A stretch of DNA of 64,000 nucleotides from Felis catus (GCF_018350175.1 NC_058368.1:1488001-1552000), one strand, 5' to 3'; shown: positions 37,811 through 51,185, counted from the first letter of the stretch. Program-made: numbers and translations. Notes: generated by a model from the sequence alone, not told the origin.

Positions 37811-39228
37811 ACTCTAAAGGTAGGTCATTAGCATACTAACATTTACCAAGCATTTCAAACAGTCCCTGGTACATGGTAAGCACTTTCTGTACCTTTTCAT
37901 TTAATTCTCAGGACAATCATGTATTTATATTATCTATGCTTTGTAAATGGGACATCTGCCTCACACACAGGTGATTCACCTGCCAAAGCTCACATGGCTG
38001 GCGGCAGACAGGCACGGGACTGGCCCCAGGGCCCCAGGGCCCCAGGGCCCCAGGCCTGTGCATCTACTAAGGTCTTGACTGCTGCACACTCGGCTCCCCA
38101 TCAAAGAAGCACGTGCAGTGGTGCCCTGGAAACCTCGCCTCTACCAGAGAACCCCACCTGTGAGGCCCTTTAGAAAACAAGCATGCGTTTACTTTTACAA
38201 AATTGTCCGCTGTTGAAAAAATTCTAAATATGACCGAGGGACAAGACAAACATCACTCAGACTGCATCGCCAGGAGATAATCATTAGTGACACTGGTGTT
38301 TTCTCCCCAGCATTTTTCAATAAGAACTCCGATCACTGTGCACACTGGTTTGCAAGCTCCTATTTTCCCATCACTGTAGCATGAAGTTTAGTTAAGACGC
38401 ACAGGGCTTGATTTTACTCAGGAATAAATCGTAAGAAGACTCCTCCTCCTTGTAAGTCACTCTCAAGATTATTATCAAGATTATTATCAAGATTTCAATA
38501 ATATGTCTTACATACGAGCTTTTTCCCTCGTCCTTGACAAGCTGGACAAATTTTACCATCCCCTTTCTGAGCTATGTGTTAAATTTACTTCAAATCCCAC
38601 TTACTTCCCAGGGGAAGTGGACGCTTCCCAAAGGCAAAACTGACCCAGGCACTGGCCAAACCGAGAGCCTTTCCTGCACACTCCTAGAAGAACTTGAGCA
38701 GATATGCTCCCTCTGTGTCCCCAGTCATCTCCTAGCTCAGATAGGAGATGCAGCTCAGAAGAGTTTCCGGAGCGACATGGCCATACTCTTCTTCATGTGA
38801 GAGTTATGGCCCAGAAGTGGAAAACTGGCCTTTTCACGGAAAGAGTCACCAGTGCTCAGCGGACTGAATCCTACCAGCTGAAAGGAGAAGAGCTTCCCTG
38901 GATCTTGCAGCACGCTTTCGTGCCTACGAGGACACCGCACGCTGACACTTCCAAAATGGTCTCTGCGTGCCTCCGTGTGCACGCATCCTCACTGTGAAGG
39001 GCAGTGCAGAGAGGGAGACATCAAGGAAATCAGTGGAGCAAACTGGTCAGAGTTCATACCGTTGGCAACAGGACATGAGGAGAGTGTGACTGCAGATTTG
39101 AACACTGTTTCTGTATTGTGTATAACTCTAGGCCAACTGTTTATCCAAAATAAACTAAAGTTTATAGTCTAACTTTAGGCCAAAAGTTTATCCACAATAG
39201 ACTAAAAAAATGTTACCAAATCAGTACT

Positions 39229-39229
<1 letters not shown>

Positions 39230-39274
<45 letters not shown>
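39230..39274. repeat. (GT)n microsatellite
   Basis: About 22 uninterrupted GT units. Confidence 0.98.
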
Positions 39275-39276
<2 letters not shown>

Positions 39277-39452
39277 TACAGTTACTGGGGAGAGGGGTTA
39301 GTGGAAAAGAAACCAATGTCCCTAAAACAGCACTCATTAATAAGGAGATGAACAATCCAATAGAAAAATGGCCAAAGGATATGAATGAACAGGTGACTGG
39401 CAGCAGGGAAAACCCAACTGACCAACAACCTACTAAAAGTTGCTTAATTTTA

Positions 39453-39578
39453 GGGGCACCTGGGTGGCTCAGTCAGTTAAGCATCTGACTCTTGGTTTTG
39501 GCTCAGGTCATGATTTCACAGTTTGTGGGATCGAGCCCCTCACTGGGCTCCACACTGACAGTGCAGAGCCTGCTTGGG

Positions 39579-39622
<44 letters not shown>

Positions 39623-39676
39623 CCTCCTCCACTCATGCTCTCTCTCTCAAAATAAATAAATAAACAATTTAAAAAG
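39453..39676 (+). mobile_element. Can-SINE with expanded (CT)n
   Basis: Canonical head; (TC)n at about 39581-39619. Confidence 0.94.
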
Positions 39677-40451
39677 ATTTTCTTTCTAAGCAAAGAACAA
39701 GAGGAACAAAATGTTTGGTGTTGTTAGTTCATGGTGGTGGGTGAGGGCATTCTCCATACTTTTCTATTTTTAAATTTTTTCATAATTGATGGAAAAATAA
39801 GATAGCAGAATGTTTGTGAATGAGTACTGATATACCTTCAAGAACACCCAATTCCCATATAATATCAGTATTTCAAAGCACAGAAAAAAAATCTTAAACT
39901 TCTCAATATATTCTACAAAGCCACCTAACAAACAAAGCCTGTGAAGGACACCAGAATAAAAAGCCGTTCACACTATGAAGAGACACTCCTCATTTCTCGA
40001 TCTATTTTGGGAGAACTGTTGCCAACAGGGTAGTATGGGAATGCTGCACGGTTTTTTCTGTGCTTAAACATAACACAGACATGTCATATACACGTGTGCA
40101 CGCAGCTTAGGCCACCCTTAAAAACAGCCATCGGCCAGGTACACAGATACAAAGACAGAGATGGGGAGCTATGGCTTGCTCTCTGGACTTAAAAGTGATG
40201 TCCTTCTAGATCAGTGTAGATGGTGCTACCTCCTTCTTAAAAGTTGTAATTTCTCATTCCATAAACATCCTGTGGTTTTCTACTCTCCTTCTGAAAGATG
40301 GTTAGGTTGTTTTGAGTTTACTATTATTACAAACAGTGCTGTGATAAACAGCCTTGAATATACACTTCTGTGCAAATGGAGACTATTTTCATAGAGCAGA
40401 ATTTCATAGGGATGAAATTCTAGCATGTGCCCATTTAAAAGAAATGAGGCA

Positions 40452-40838
40452 TTGCAGGTTGAATTGTCCCCCCCCCCCAAAAGATACAGTCGAGTCCTTA
40501 CCCAGGTACCTGTGAGTGTGACCCTATTTGGAAAGAGGGCCTATGCAGACATAACATAAGATGAGGTCACACTGGATTAGTGAGGACCCTAAATCCAATG
40601 ACTGGTGTCTTCATAATAGAAAGGGAAGGGAGATGTGGACGCACAGACACAAAGGAGACACACGGGGACGAAGGCTGTGTGGTGATGGAGGAAGGACGAG
40701 CAAGGACAGGCGCTTCCCTGTGAGCCTTCCGAAGGTGGCCAGCTCCCCACTCACCTCCAGAACCGTGAGAAAATAAACCTGCTGTTTTAAGTCACCAAGT
40801 TTGCGGCCATTTGTAATGGCAGCCCTAGGGAATCACCC
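40452..40838 (+). mobile_element. MaLR solo LTR (MLT1A/B-like)
   Basis: ggttgaattgtcccccc...gtgaccctatttggaaagaggg...aagatgaggtcacactggattag...aaatccaatgactggtgtc...ccagaaccgtgagaaaataaa...tttgtaatggcagccctagg. Confidence 0.9.
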
Positions 40839-41410
40839 CTAATCCCCCCAAATCCACCAAAGCAGACAAGAATATACTCACCATAGTGTCTTGTCAATCT
40901 TTGATTTTTCCAATTAGATGGGGGGGAAAAAGACTTAGATTTTCACACTTTTATTTGTCTTTGTATATATTTTTGTGTGTAAATCAGCAGTTCATATTTG
41001 ACCATTTTACCACAAGGTTTCTTATGTATTTCTTGATTTATGGCAGTTCTTTGTACGTTAGCCTTCTAAAGACATTTTTTTTTCACTGCTGTGAATGTTC
41101 TATTCTGAGGATTTTGTTCACTACGTGTGCCTCACATAAGTATTTATCTAATGTAGATTCATCAGTGTTGCTTCAGAATCCATTTCATGCTTAGGAAAGC
41201 CTTTACAGCTTTCAAGAATATAAAAACACTCCTTCAGGACAAAAATGTCCTGCACGTGGCCACCTTCACCACAGCCGGGCAAGAAACCTCTCCATCTTTC
41301 TCAAAGCAACTTTGATAATGCTTTCTGACCAGGAAGTCCCTTGATAGGACTCTTTTAGTCAGTCAAAAAGATTGACAGTGTTTTTCAGATTCAAGTTGTT
41401 CTTGTTTAAC

Positions 41411-41623
41411 TTTTTTAGTTTTTATTTATTTTTGAGAGAGAGAGAGAGACAGAGCATGAGCAGGGGAGGGGCAGAGAGAGAGAGAGACACAGAATCTGAA
41501 GCAGGGTCCAGGCTCAGAGCTGTCAGCATACGGCCCGACGCAGGGCTCGAACCCACGAACTGGGAGAGATAGTGACCTGAGCCGAAGTCGGATGCTTAAC
41601 CGACTGAGCCCCCTGGGCACCCC
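41411..41623 (-). mobile_element. Can-SINE
   Basis: TSD gttgttcttgttt at 41395-41407 and 41626-41638. Confidence 0.95.
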
Positions 41624-44484
41624 AGGTTGTTCTTGTTTTTAGCAACTCAGTGGCTCATGCAGAGAAGCAGCACAGTTTCACTGGCAGTCCCTTACAGACA
41701 TTTTAAGGCTGGACCATATCTACAGATTAGGGGATATCAGACTTCTTAATATCCTAACTACTGACTAAGCATCTCCACAAGTGACCTAAAGCTCAGATAA
41801 ACACAGTTTCACAGCACGAAATAGCTTGGAACTAAACAAAAAACTGAACAGGGAGTCACGGAAACTGGTGTGGCCCCTACTCCCCCACCGAATGCTGCAT
41901 AATTGTGGGCAATTCATTCGACCTCCATGTCCAATGTGTGCTATAACAAAACGTGTATGGAGAAAACAGAAGAGATCCAAACGGACAGCGTTGCTCACGT
42001 AGGAAACTAAATTTATGGATGCTCATTCCCACCACCACCATTAATAGTAACGATAACGTAACAGTAGCTAATACTGCATGCAAGGTTCTTTCTCAACACT
42101 TTGCTTGCATTAGCCCACTTCCAAATCACTAGAGCCTTCTCAGGTAGTTTCTATTACCATCTCCACGTCACAGACGAGCAAGCCTGCTTCCGACACTTCC
42201 TGTGCAATTGTTGGCCGTGCTGTCCTTCCTCAGTGGGGACAAGGGGGTGGCCAGCTGGGGTGGTGGCTACTTCTGCCTCCTGCCACCGCTTTCGCCTCTA
42301 AAAAAGGGGAATTCTGATGGGGCTGAGGACAGTGAGGGCCCTCCAAGTCCCGGAAATGGATCACTAGGGCAGACCATCAGTGAGGACAAAGCAGCAGAAG
42401 TTGCTCCACGGGAAGACCTTCCATGGGAAATTCCATCCTAACGCTTTCCCAGTCCGCCAGTTCCCAAAGAGCCAGTACCGTATGTGGGCGCTGGGTGGCT
42501 GGAGGGAAAGGAGGCATCCTAGCAGACAATCAGATTTTAGAGAGCAACTAACTAGAAATCTACATTTTATGTGGAAATTTCCTGACTTTTAAAGCTGAGT
42601 GAGTCATTCAAACAAAAAAATTATTTTTAAAACTGTAGATGGCCAGATTCAGCCTTTGGGTACCAGCCGGAAGCCTCTGAACTGCCCCTACGCTAGAAGG
42701 ACTGGAGGGGTCCTGGGAAGGCAGGTGGGGGACCACGTAGCACAGGGACCAAGCCCACTGGCAAGGTCTCTCCCGAGGTGGCCCACACAGCCCAGCTTCC
42801 CGGCTGTCACAAACAACAGGGCTCTACTACAGAAGGACAAATATAATGAAAAACAAGACCTGGGTCAAGGTGGAGGCAGGGAAGCCCCATACAGAATTGC
42901 ACATAAAATTTTGCAGGGATCAAAAGAAAGCAGGGGAAAAAAAGGTAATTTGTGAGAGTAGCGTGACTCAAGGTAACTCATTTTTCATTTATCATTTTTA
43001 AGCATTGGCTATACATCAAGACAATGATTCTCACCTATTGTAACATTTCAGGAACAAGGTGTCAGGAAAGTACCAAAAACATATCAAATTAATTAGGCCT
43101 AAATAACAGGGCAATTTAGTTGTGGATTACCCATAATGCTATTAATAAAAGGCATCAGTTTCCACCTCTTAACCCCTAAAGAAGGGGATTTCCTACTTCG
43201 GGTTAGGGAGAGAGCAGACGTTTAATCAAAATGTCTGGGTCCAAGCAGGAGAGCACAGGGGCCCACAAAGAATAGCGCTCAGATCTTAACAGCTGCCGAA
43301 AACTGCTCCATGTCAGGGCGCAGCAGGAGGAGTTGTAAGGTAGAGACACCACATTTTCCATATTTTCTTACCCTTCCCGGCATCGCGGTGGCTTAGTGCC
43401 CTTACAGTCCTCAGAGCATGCTCCAAGCCCAACACCAGTTCCCGCAGCGGGGCCCTCGCAGTGCCCCCCCGCCCCAGGCTGCACGGGAGATGGGAAGTGG
43501 TCTTCTCTCGAATCTCTCGCTTACAAAGAGAGGGCCATCTTCCACAAGCAACAAATTAATTAATAAAGCTAAAAACACATAAAGCTTTGTGTTGCAATCG
43601 AAGACTTACCAAAAGCTAGCCCAGCCCATACCTGACAAAGTGAATAATTACTGCACAGAATTCCATTCACGGCATTGACTGTCACTGGTAATATTTTCCC
43701 ACAGCCAAACAAAACATTTCAAGGGTCAGCTTGAGGAAAGAACGAGCAAAAAACTGAGGAAGAAATAACGTACTCTGGGCCTCTCAGCTGCAGCAGGGCC
43801 CCCAGGCTCCTTGGCCTCTACACAGCTTAGACCAGGGTACCTGGGGCCAGCTATGCCCGCAGGGGATACATGGTACTTGCCTCTCCCCTCCCACATGGTT
43901 TAGAGCTAATACCCCAGCCCAGAGCGATCTGCTGGAGGGATCCTTTCCAGCCTTTGCCCTTCACCCACCAGCTGCCTGCCTGGGCTTGCCCCAATCTCCT
44001 TTACTTCCAGCTGAGGAAGGGGACAGCTTAGCAACCTTGCTCCTCTCAACTTCGGGTTTTTCGGCTTCCAAAAGACCAGGGATAAGGCCACTCGTCTAAG
44101 GTCAAGCCGACTCCAACACCTGGTCTGTCTTCTCTGGCTTCTAACAGGCTAGTGTCCGGACCCTTGTGCAGCCGAATATTCCGTGCCTTCCTTGGCCCTG
44201 GAGTTCACCCTGGCTTCTCCAACCCCCACAAGGAAAGGAGGCAGCAGGCAGCAAAGTCCTCTTGCTGTGTCTCCTTCCAGGAGTGAAAAGTAAAAAGTTC
44301 TGTCTGGCCTGCAGGATGGTCAGAGCTAGGTTAAGGGTGTGGTAAAGGGGCAGCGACCTACACAAGAAGGGAGAGGAGGCTGAACTGCCCGGGAGTGCTG
44401 GGGAAAGGCTCTGTCCGCACTCCCAGGCCCGCTGCACTCCCTCCCTCGCGTCCCTCCTTCCCCCGGAAGGGGCAGGAGAGCACC

Positions 44485-44830
44485 ATGGTTATGAGACCTG
44501 AATCCAAATGCGCCCCTGCCACTTACTGCCCGTGGGCTCTCAGGCAAGCTCCTTAACGTCTCATTTGTGAAGCGGGAATCTGCCGAGTTTAACAAATGAA
44601 TTAACAAATGTCAGTATTAAGCGTCTGCCATGAACCAGGCACCTTTTGGGATGCCGGGGATACAGCAATAAATGAAACCAGCACAAGTATCCCCCAGGTA
44701 TGGAGGTTACAATAAATGGGGGAGTGGGGGAGACAGGCACAGAATACACAACAGTGCCCACCTCACAGGGTCACTGCGAGGGCTGCGCTGGGTTATGTGT
44801 AGAGGGCAAGACACAACCCGGTAAAGGATG
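44485..44830. mobile_element. MIR interrupted by an antisense L2 3' fragment
   Basis: MIR 5' part (ctgccacttactg...ggcaagctccttaac), then acaaatg...tattaagcgtctgccatgaaccaggcac...ggggatacagcaataaat (L2), then MIR core cccacctcacagggt. Confidence 0.55.
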
Positions 44831-45212
44831 AGGGATCGACATACAGTACTTACTGCTAAGAGTGGGTCGATACTGGCCAAAACTGGCCAAGAAGAAAGAG
44901 GAGCCACCCGTGGCCTCAGGGCGTCCTGGGCACGGTGAGGGGGAGAGTCACTCGGTGGTGCAGGGCTTGCTCTGGCAAATGCTCAGAGTCATGAGAAGAA
45001 ACCCAGGACCCTTGGAGGGAGAAGAGTTCCACCCACCACCTACCAACTTCTGTGGCCAGACAAGTGATGAGGGAGCTTGGGGCAAGCTCAGGGCGAAGTA
45101 CAGGCTGGTACCCGCCCCCTCTCCCCAGGTGGAAAACATGTGTTATTCCTCAGACACTCCTGGCCACCCAAGAACAGACAAAGGAAAGGGGTTTAAGTGC
45201 TGGCCGTGGCAA

Positions 45213-45774
45213 TGTGGGAAACTAAGGCAAACGAAAAATTAAATTCCCTTACTGCCTACAGCCCATTGAAAGTCCGTGAGACCGGCAGAGTGACCTCCCT
45301 TAAGGAGCTCGGCTGCCTAAGGATGACACTTTGCTGGGGACAAAAGAGAACCTTAGCTTCACATGATCCCAACTTCGAGGATCCTGTAAGTCAACTTCCT
45401 TTATCTCAACTGCCCCAAGATAAGTGGTGGCCATCATACTCCAAGCTTATGGCCCCTGATATACATCTAAAGGGTCTCATGACTGAGGTTTTATTAAATG
45501 GTAATAAATGGCGCTTCCCTAGCCACAGCTAGCCCCTCAAGGTCCTGGAAACCTTGCTTCCAAAATTCCTTGGAGACTTACTCTATCCCTGACCCCTCCC
45601 AACCTGAGGGTATGTAATGAGTTACCCATCACAACCCTAGTACAGCTCTTCCTGCCCATGGGTCCTGACCCCGTGCTTTCATAAAATCACCTTTTTGCAC
45701 CAAAAACGTCTTCGAGAATCCTTTCTTTGTTGTCGGCTCAGGACCACCCCACCATCACTCCAAAACTTCGTACA
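45213..45774 (+). mobile_element. Carnivore ERV1-class solo LTR
   Basis: About 560 bp, TG...CA ends, degenerate TATA (gggtatgtaat) and polyA (ttcataaaatcacc) positions in LTR order, no flanking internal sequence recognised. Confidence 0.7.
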
Positions 45775-46918
45775 ATAAGTAGTAGCTCATTTGAACTTGT
45801 AAGCAACACAAGAAAATGCAGAAGACTCCCAAGACAAGTCCGTGTAACATAATCAACAGCAGGAAAAGGTTCTTTATTAAGGGGAGGCTCATGTATGTTT
45901 TCTCAGCGTGAAAGGGAGTAAGGTATCCTCCAAGAAGGCTGCACATGCCCTGTCCCGTGCACCGTGCTCAGGGCAAATGCTAAGGCAGGCGAGCAGAAGG
46001 TGTGCACATCTTTCTTCCTCTCCCACCCACGCTCATAACACTTAGTATCAGTCAAAGGGAACGGGCGAAGCCACCTCCTCAGCCCAAACAGCAGTAACAG
46101 CTACTCAAGTATCCGAGATGCATTCCCTCCCACAAACGTGCAATTCAATGTGTGCTAATGACCAGGGCTTCTGAATGACAGGAAGATGTCCCCCGGGGAA
46201 CTGGGACTGGCCCAGCACAACCCAACTCCTAAAAGGTGCAAGTCACCAACTTGAAAGAAACCTTTTGATTCCCCCCCACACTTGTTCAAACACATATACT
46301 GGGCAACAAGTCTTTGAATGCTGACTTTCAAATGAAAATAAACACAACCAAGGAGGTTCAGAGTAAGCAGATATGAATCCCAGGGTGCCTATGCCACTCG
46401 GCGAGCAGTAGGAAGCCAAGAGCAGGGGGGAAAGCAAACAAATGATCCGGGATGCTTACACAGCACTCGCTCCTGAATGTTGGGGTCCACGGGACGTCTA
46501 CCAGCAGGAGTTCTGTCCCAGGTGTTCCTTACTTTCTACTAAGATTAAATTCCCAGATTCCCACATATGCCTTATAACAAACCTCTTTAAAAGACAGGAC
46601 TGTACATGTTCTGTGTAGCACGTGGTATCTGATGCTCTTGGTAAATAATGATCACCCACCGTCAACAGCCAAGTGAAAAAACTAGAGACCAATATTACAA
46701 TTGCAAAAGCATTTCCTATTTTCCAAACATTAAATATGCATGCCCTGGCTACTTTCACGTGGACTTAGCATATTTGCAACGGAGTGATTAAGACCAAAAA
46801 ATTCTTTCCTTACTTGGTATTTACATATTCCATTTAACAGATTTCACAAAATGAAAATGTTTATATTAGACACTTGCTTATTTTTACTTTGGACATTAAT
46901 TTAACAACATACAACTTC

Positions 46919-47138
46919 TTTTTTAATTTAAAAAAAAATGTTTATTTATTTTTGAGAGAGACAGAGACAGAATGCAAGTGGATTAGGGGCAGACAGAGAG
47001 GGAGACACAGAATCTGAAGCAGGCTCCAGGCTCCGAGCTGTCAGCACAGAGCCCAACGCGGAGCTCAAACTCACAAACCATGAGATCACGACCCGAGCCG
47101 AAGTTGAACGCCTACTGACTGAGCCACCCAGGTGCCCC
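46919..47138 (-). mobile_element. Can-SINE
   Basis: Perfect 17-bp TSD taacaacatacaacttc at 46902-46918 and 47139-47155. Confidence 0.96.
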
Positions 47139-47254
47139 TAACAACATACAACTTCCAAGGCATAAGGGATAATTAAGTTTCTGTCTATAGAAAAGTAGGT
47201 TCAGATAGAGATCTAGATTTACATCTATATCTACATTTTTTTCCATTTAATAAA

Positions 47255-47658
47255 CTTTATTTTTTTTCTAAAATTTTATTCAAATTTTAGTTAATTAACA
47301 TATAGTGCAATATTGGTTTCAGGAGCAGAATTTAGTGATTCATCACTTACACATAACACCCAGTGCTCCTCACAACAGGTGCCCTCCTTAATACCCATCA
47401 CCCATCTAGCCCATCCCCCACACACTTCCATCAACTCTCAGTTTGTTCTCTATCATTAACAGTCTCTTATGGTTTGCTTCCCTCTTTTTTTATCCCCTTC
47501 CCCTATGTTCATCTGTTTTGTTTCCTAAATTCCACATAAGTGAAATCACATGGTATTTGTCTTTCTCTGATTAACTTATTTCGCATAATACATTCTAGCT
47601 CCATCTACATCACTGCAAATGGCAAGATTTCATTCTTTTTGATAGCTGAGTAATATTC

Positions 47659-47708
<50 letters not shown>

Positions 47709-47972
47709 CAAATCTTCTTTATCCATTCATCAGTCGATGGGGACACTGGGGCTCTTCCTTAGTTTGGCTATTGTTGATAGTGCTGCTATAAATATCGGGG
47801 TGCATGCAACCTCTTCAAATCTACATTTTTGTATCCTTTGGATATATACCTAGTAGTGCAATCGCTGGGTCGTAAGGTAGTTCTGTTTTTAACTTTTTGA
47901 GGAACCTCCATACTGTTTTCCAGAGTGGCTGCACCAGTTTACATTCCCACCAGCAGTGTAAGAGAGTCCCCC
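47255..47972 (-). mobile_element. 5'-truncated carnivore L1 (3' UTR and ORF2 C-terminus) with (TG)n
   Basis: gattcatcacttacacataacacccagtgctc..., gcaaatggcaagatttcattctttttgatagctgagtaatattcc, aggaacctccatactgttttccagagtggctgcaccagtttacattcccaccagcagtg; (TG)n at 47662-47706. Confidence 0.92.
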
Positions 47973-48074
47973 ATATCTGTATCTATACTATATATAATCA
48001 GCATTTCGTCAACTCGCAAGTTTTTATTAAAGTATCATCTCCATCTTTCCAAAAGAGCTCTGCAGTGTCCTTTA

Positions 48075-48094
48075 TTTTTTTCTAATTTATTTTT

Positions 48095-48142
<48 letters not shown>

Positions 48143-48370
48143 GTGTGTGTGCATGAACAGGGGAGGGGCAATGAGTGTGGGAGAGAGGTGAAGAGAGGGA
48201 GAGAGAGGGAGAGAGAGAAGGAGAAAGAGGGACAAAGGGAGAGAGAGAATCCCAAGCAGGCTCTGTGCCGTTAGCACAGAGCCTAGCACAGGGCTTGACC
48301 TCACAAACCATGAGATCATGACTTGAGCTCAAGAGTTGGACTCTCAACCAACTGAGCCACCCAGGTGCCC
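48075..48370 (-). mobile_element. Can-SINE with expanded GA-rich tract
   Basis: Perfect 17-bp TSD ctctgcagtgtccttta at 48058-48074 and 48371-48387. Confidence 0.95.
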
Positions 48371-48491
48371 CTCTGCAGTGTCCTTTAAAAACAGAGATTT
48401 GAGTTTCTATTTTTCTAAGTTTAGAGAAAAGGAGGGTTGCTCACTCAGTTTTACAGTAATTTTAGAAACCAAATTAAGAACGCCAATGTTA

Positions 48492-48714
48492 GGGGGTACC
48501 TGGGTGGCTCAGTCAGTTAAGCATCTGACTTTGGCTCAGGTGATGAACTTGAAGTTCATGAGTTCGAGCCCTGTATCAGGCTCTGTGCTAACAGCCCGGA
48601 GCCTAGAGCCTGCTTCCGATTCTGTGTCTCCCTCTCTCTCTCTGCCCCTCCCCCGTTCATGCTCTGTCTCTCTCTGTCTCAAAAATAAATAAACGTTAAA
48701 TAAAAAAAAAAAAA
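48492..48714 (+). mobile_element. Can-SINE
   Basis: Canonical full-length copy with A tail. Confidence 0.95.
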
Positions 48715-49580
48715 ATGAAGGAGAAATAAAGACCTTCCTAGAAAAACAAAAGCTGAGGGACTTCATCAAGAGTTGCTAAAGGAAATCCTTCAAACTGAAA
48801 TGCTAAATAGCAACAAGAGTATTTCTAAAAATATAAAGCTTTCTGGTGGGGCGCCTGGGTGGCTCAGTCGGTTAAGCCTCTGACTTTGGCTCAGGTCATG
48901 ATCTCACGGTTCATGAGTTTGAGCCCCACGTCGGGCTCTGTGCTGACAGCTCAGAGCCTAGAGCCTGGAGCCCGCTTCAGATTCTGTGTCTCCGTCTGCC
49001 CCTCCACTGTTTGCACTCTGTCTCTCGCATTGTCTCAAAAATAAATAAACATTAAAAAAAACTTTTTTAAATATAAAGCTTTCTGGTAAAGGTAAATATG
49101 TAGAAAAATAGAGAGTCCTGAACACCATAATGGGGGTGCACTGCCCATTTTTAATTCTGGTCCAGAATTTAAAAGATAAAAAGCATAAAAAATAGCTATA
49201 ACTGCAAAACTATGCTAATGTAAAAAAACACAAAACTATGTAATTTGTGACACCAATAACATAAAGTGGGAGGGACATGCATAGGAGTAGTTTTTGTATA
49301 CAGTTGAACTAAGTTGTTACAGTTTAAAATAAATTTCTATGTTTTATGTAACTGCTCATGGTAACCAGGAAGAAACTACCTACAAAGAAGATGCACACAA
49401 GAAAATGACAAAGGAGTCAAAGCAAAAAGCAAAACAAATGAACAAAGTCAAGGGAACAAAAGAGGAAGACAGCAAGAGAGGGAGAAGAGATAAAGTAACT
49501 ACAAGACACACAGAAAACAACAAAATAGTATGAAGGGTAAGTCTTTCCCCAGCGGTAATTACTTTAACGTAAATGGATAA
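48715..49580 (+). mobile_element. L1 fragment (ORF1 end, inter-ORF, ORF2 start)
   Basis: aatgaaggagaaataaagaccttcctagaaaaacaaaagctgagggacttcatc (EGEIKTF..KQKLRDFI) and gtaattactttaacgtaaatgga (ITLNVNG relic). Confidence 0.8.
48848..49068 (+). mobile_element. Can-SINE within L1
   Basis: TSD aaatataaagctttctggt at 48829-48847 and 49069-49087. Confidence 0.95.
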
Positions 49581-50963
49581 ATGGTATTTGATTTAGGTGA
49601 TGGAGCCACTCGATGGATTCTTACACAGCGACCAGAAAAACTGCAGACTCTAATAAACAGAAAAGTGTTAGATGTTGATTAATAAAGGCAGAACATGAAA
49701 CAGTATATATATACAGACACTATAGTTACCCTATAAAAATTACACATGAAAGAAGACTGGAGGGAAACACAAAAATGTAACAAATGGGTACCGGGATAAT
49801 TGAATTAGGCAGGTTTTCCCCTTTCTAGTATTCAAACATCGTTAGGATTTACAAGTAACACCTGTTACCGGGATGGCTCGTGTGCTAAAGCGCCCTGGAA
49901 GGAACGCTGGCGTGCAGACTTGGGGACAAAGCACAGCCTTCGACAGCAATTTATCAGCCCTTCCTCACCAAGTGCTTTGTTGTGGAACCTGCACCACGCA
50001 GTCCCACGTGAGGCGCGCCCCCACCACAGCCCACGAGAGCACTCGCCTACCTCTCTCCCCTAGGATACTGCGTTCAGAAATGAGACGGGTGTGCTGGCAC
50101 TGCCCCCCGGATACAGCAGTGGGTGGCGCTAGGCCACGTGCTTTCCCGTCATCACCCAGCTCATCGGTAAGTCACAGGCCACAGCCATCCGTCACCAACA
50201 ACTGCGTCTTCCCTGTACCGCTCCAACAGAACACGTCACCTCACTATGCACTCCTTACGAGTCAGGTCCACACTAGCAGTAACACCCTAAACCTAACTCC
50301 AAGTCGTCACACAGCTCGACCCAGCCTCCCAGACTTAAACACCTCAGAAAAGAAGGTAAGTGTTAACTCTGAAAAAAATTCACTCTGTACCTCTGGTGTG
50401 AAGGAAAAAATGCTGACGTCCCAAATCAGAAGGTGGTGTGGAAATGCAGACCGACACCAAGCTAAGGCCAACACCTGGTGGCTAATGCCAAAGTCTAGAG
50501 CCTTTTAACACTCTGCCCCAGCACATTTAACTTCATACTCAAGTCCAGAATTTAAAGGTCCAAGATGACCGTGGAATATCTCCCTAATGACCTTACAGAG
50601 CCCTCACTGTCTGGCACACAGTTGAGGCCACGGGCTCACTTATCACCACAGGGGCCTGTGGGCCCACGAATTGCGCCCACACCTGAACTTTCTCGGACAC
50701 TATGGGGGACCGATGTATAAGGCTGGTCACTTGCAGTCCTTGCCACAACCAGAGTGAACGCAGTGAAGATGCCCTCCCCTTCTATTTCTTCATTTCAGTC
50801 TTCCTATGTTTTAATTAGTCACTTTCTCAAATCCTGTTTGGTCACTGGAAGAAGCCAGAGACATAATTACAGATTAAGAATAAAACTTGCTGGACTCTCA
50901 AATGCAGATGATAACAGTTTTCATTCCTTGCTCATGTTGCATCTTTAAAGCTATTCATACGAA

Positions 50964-51185
50964 GGGTGCCTGGGTGGCTCAGTCGGTTGAGTGTCTGACT
51001 TCGGCTGAGGTCATGATCTCATGGTTCGTGGGTTCGAGCCCCACATCAGGCTCTGTGCTGACAGCTCGGAGCCTGGAGCCCGTTTTGGATTCTGTGTCTC
51101 CCTCTCTCTCTGCCCCTCCCTCACTCATGCTCTGTCTCTCTCAAAATAAATAAATAAACATTAAGAAAATAATAATAATAAGTAA
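50964..51185 (+). mobile_element. Can-SINE (first of tandem pair)
   Basis: Canonical head, body, tail. Confidence 0.94.

Noticed and set aside
49873..50508. 211-aa ORF with ATG start
   Set aside because: No family resemblance or splice context; lies in a GC-elevated patch where stop codons are rarer.
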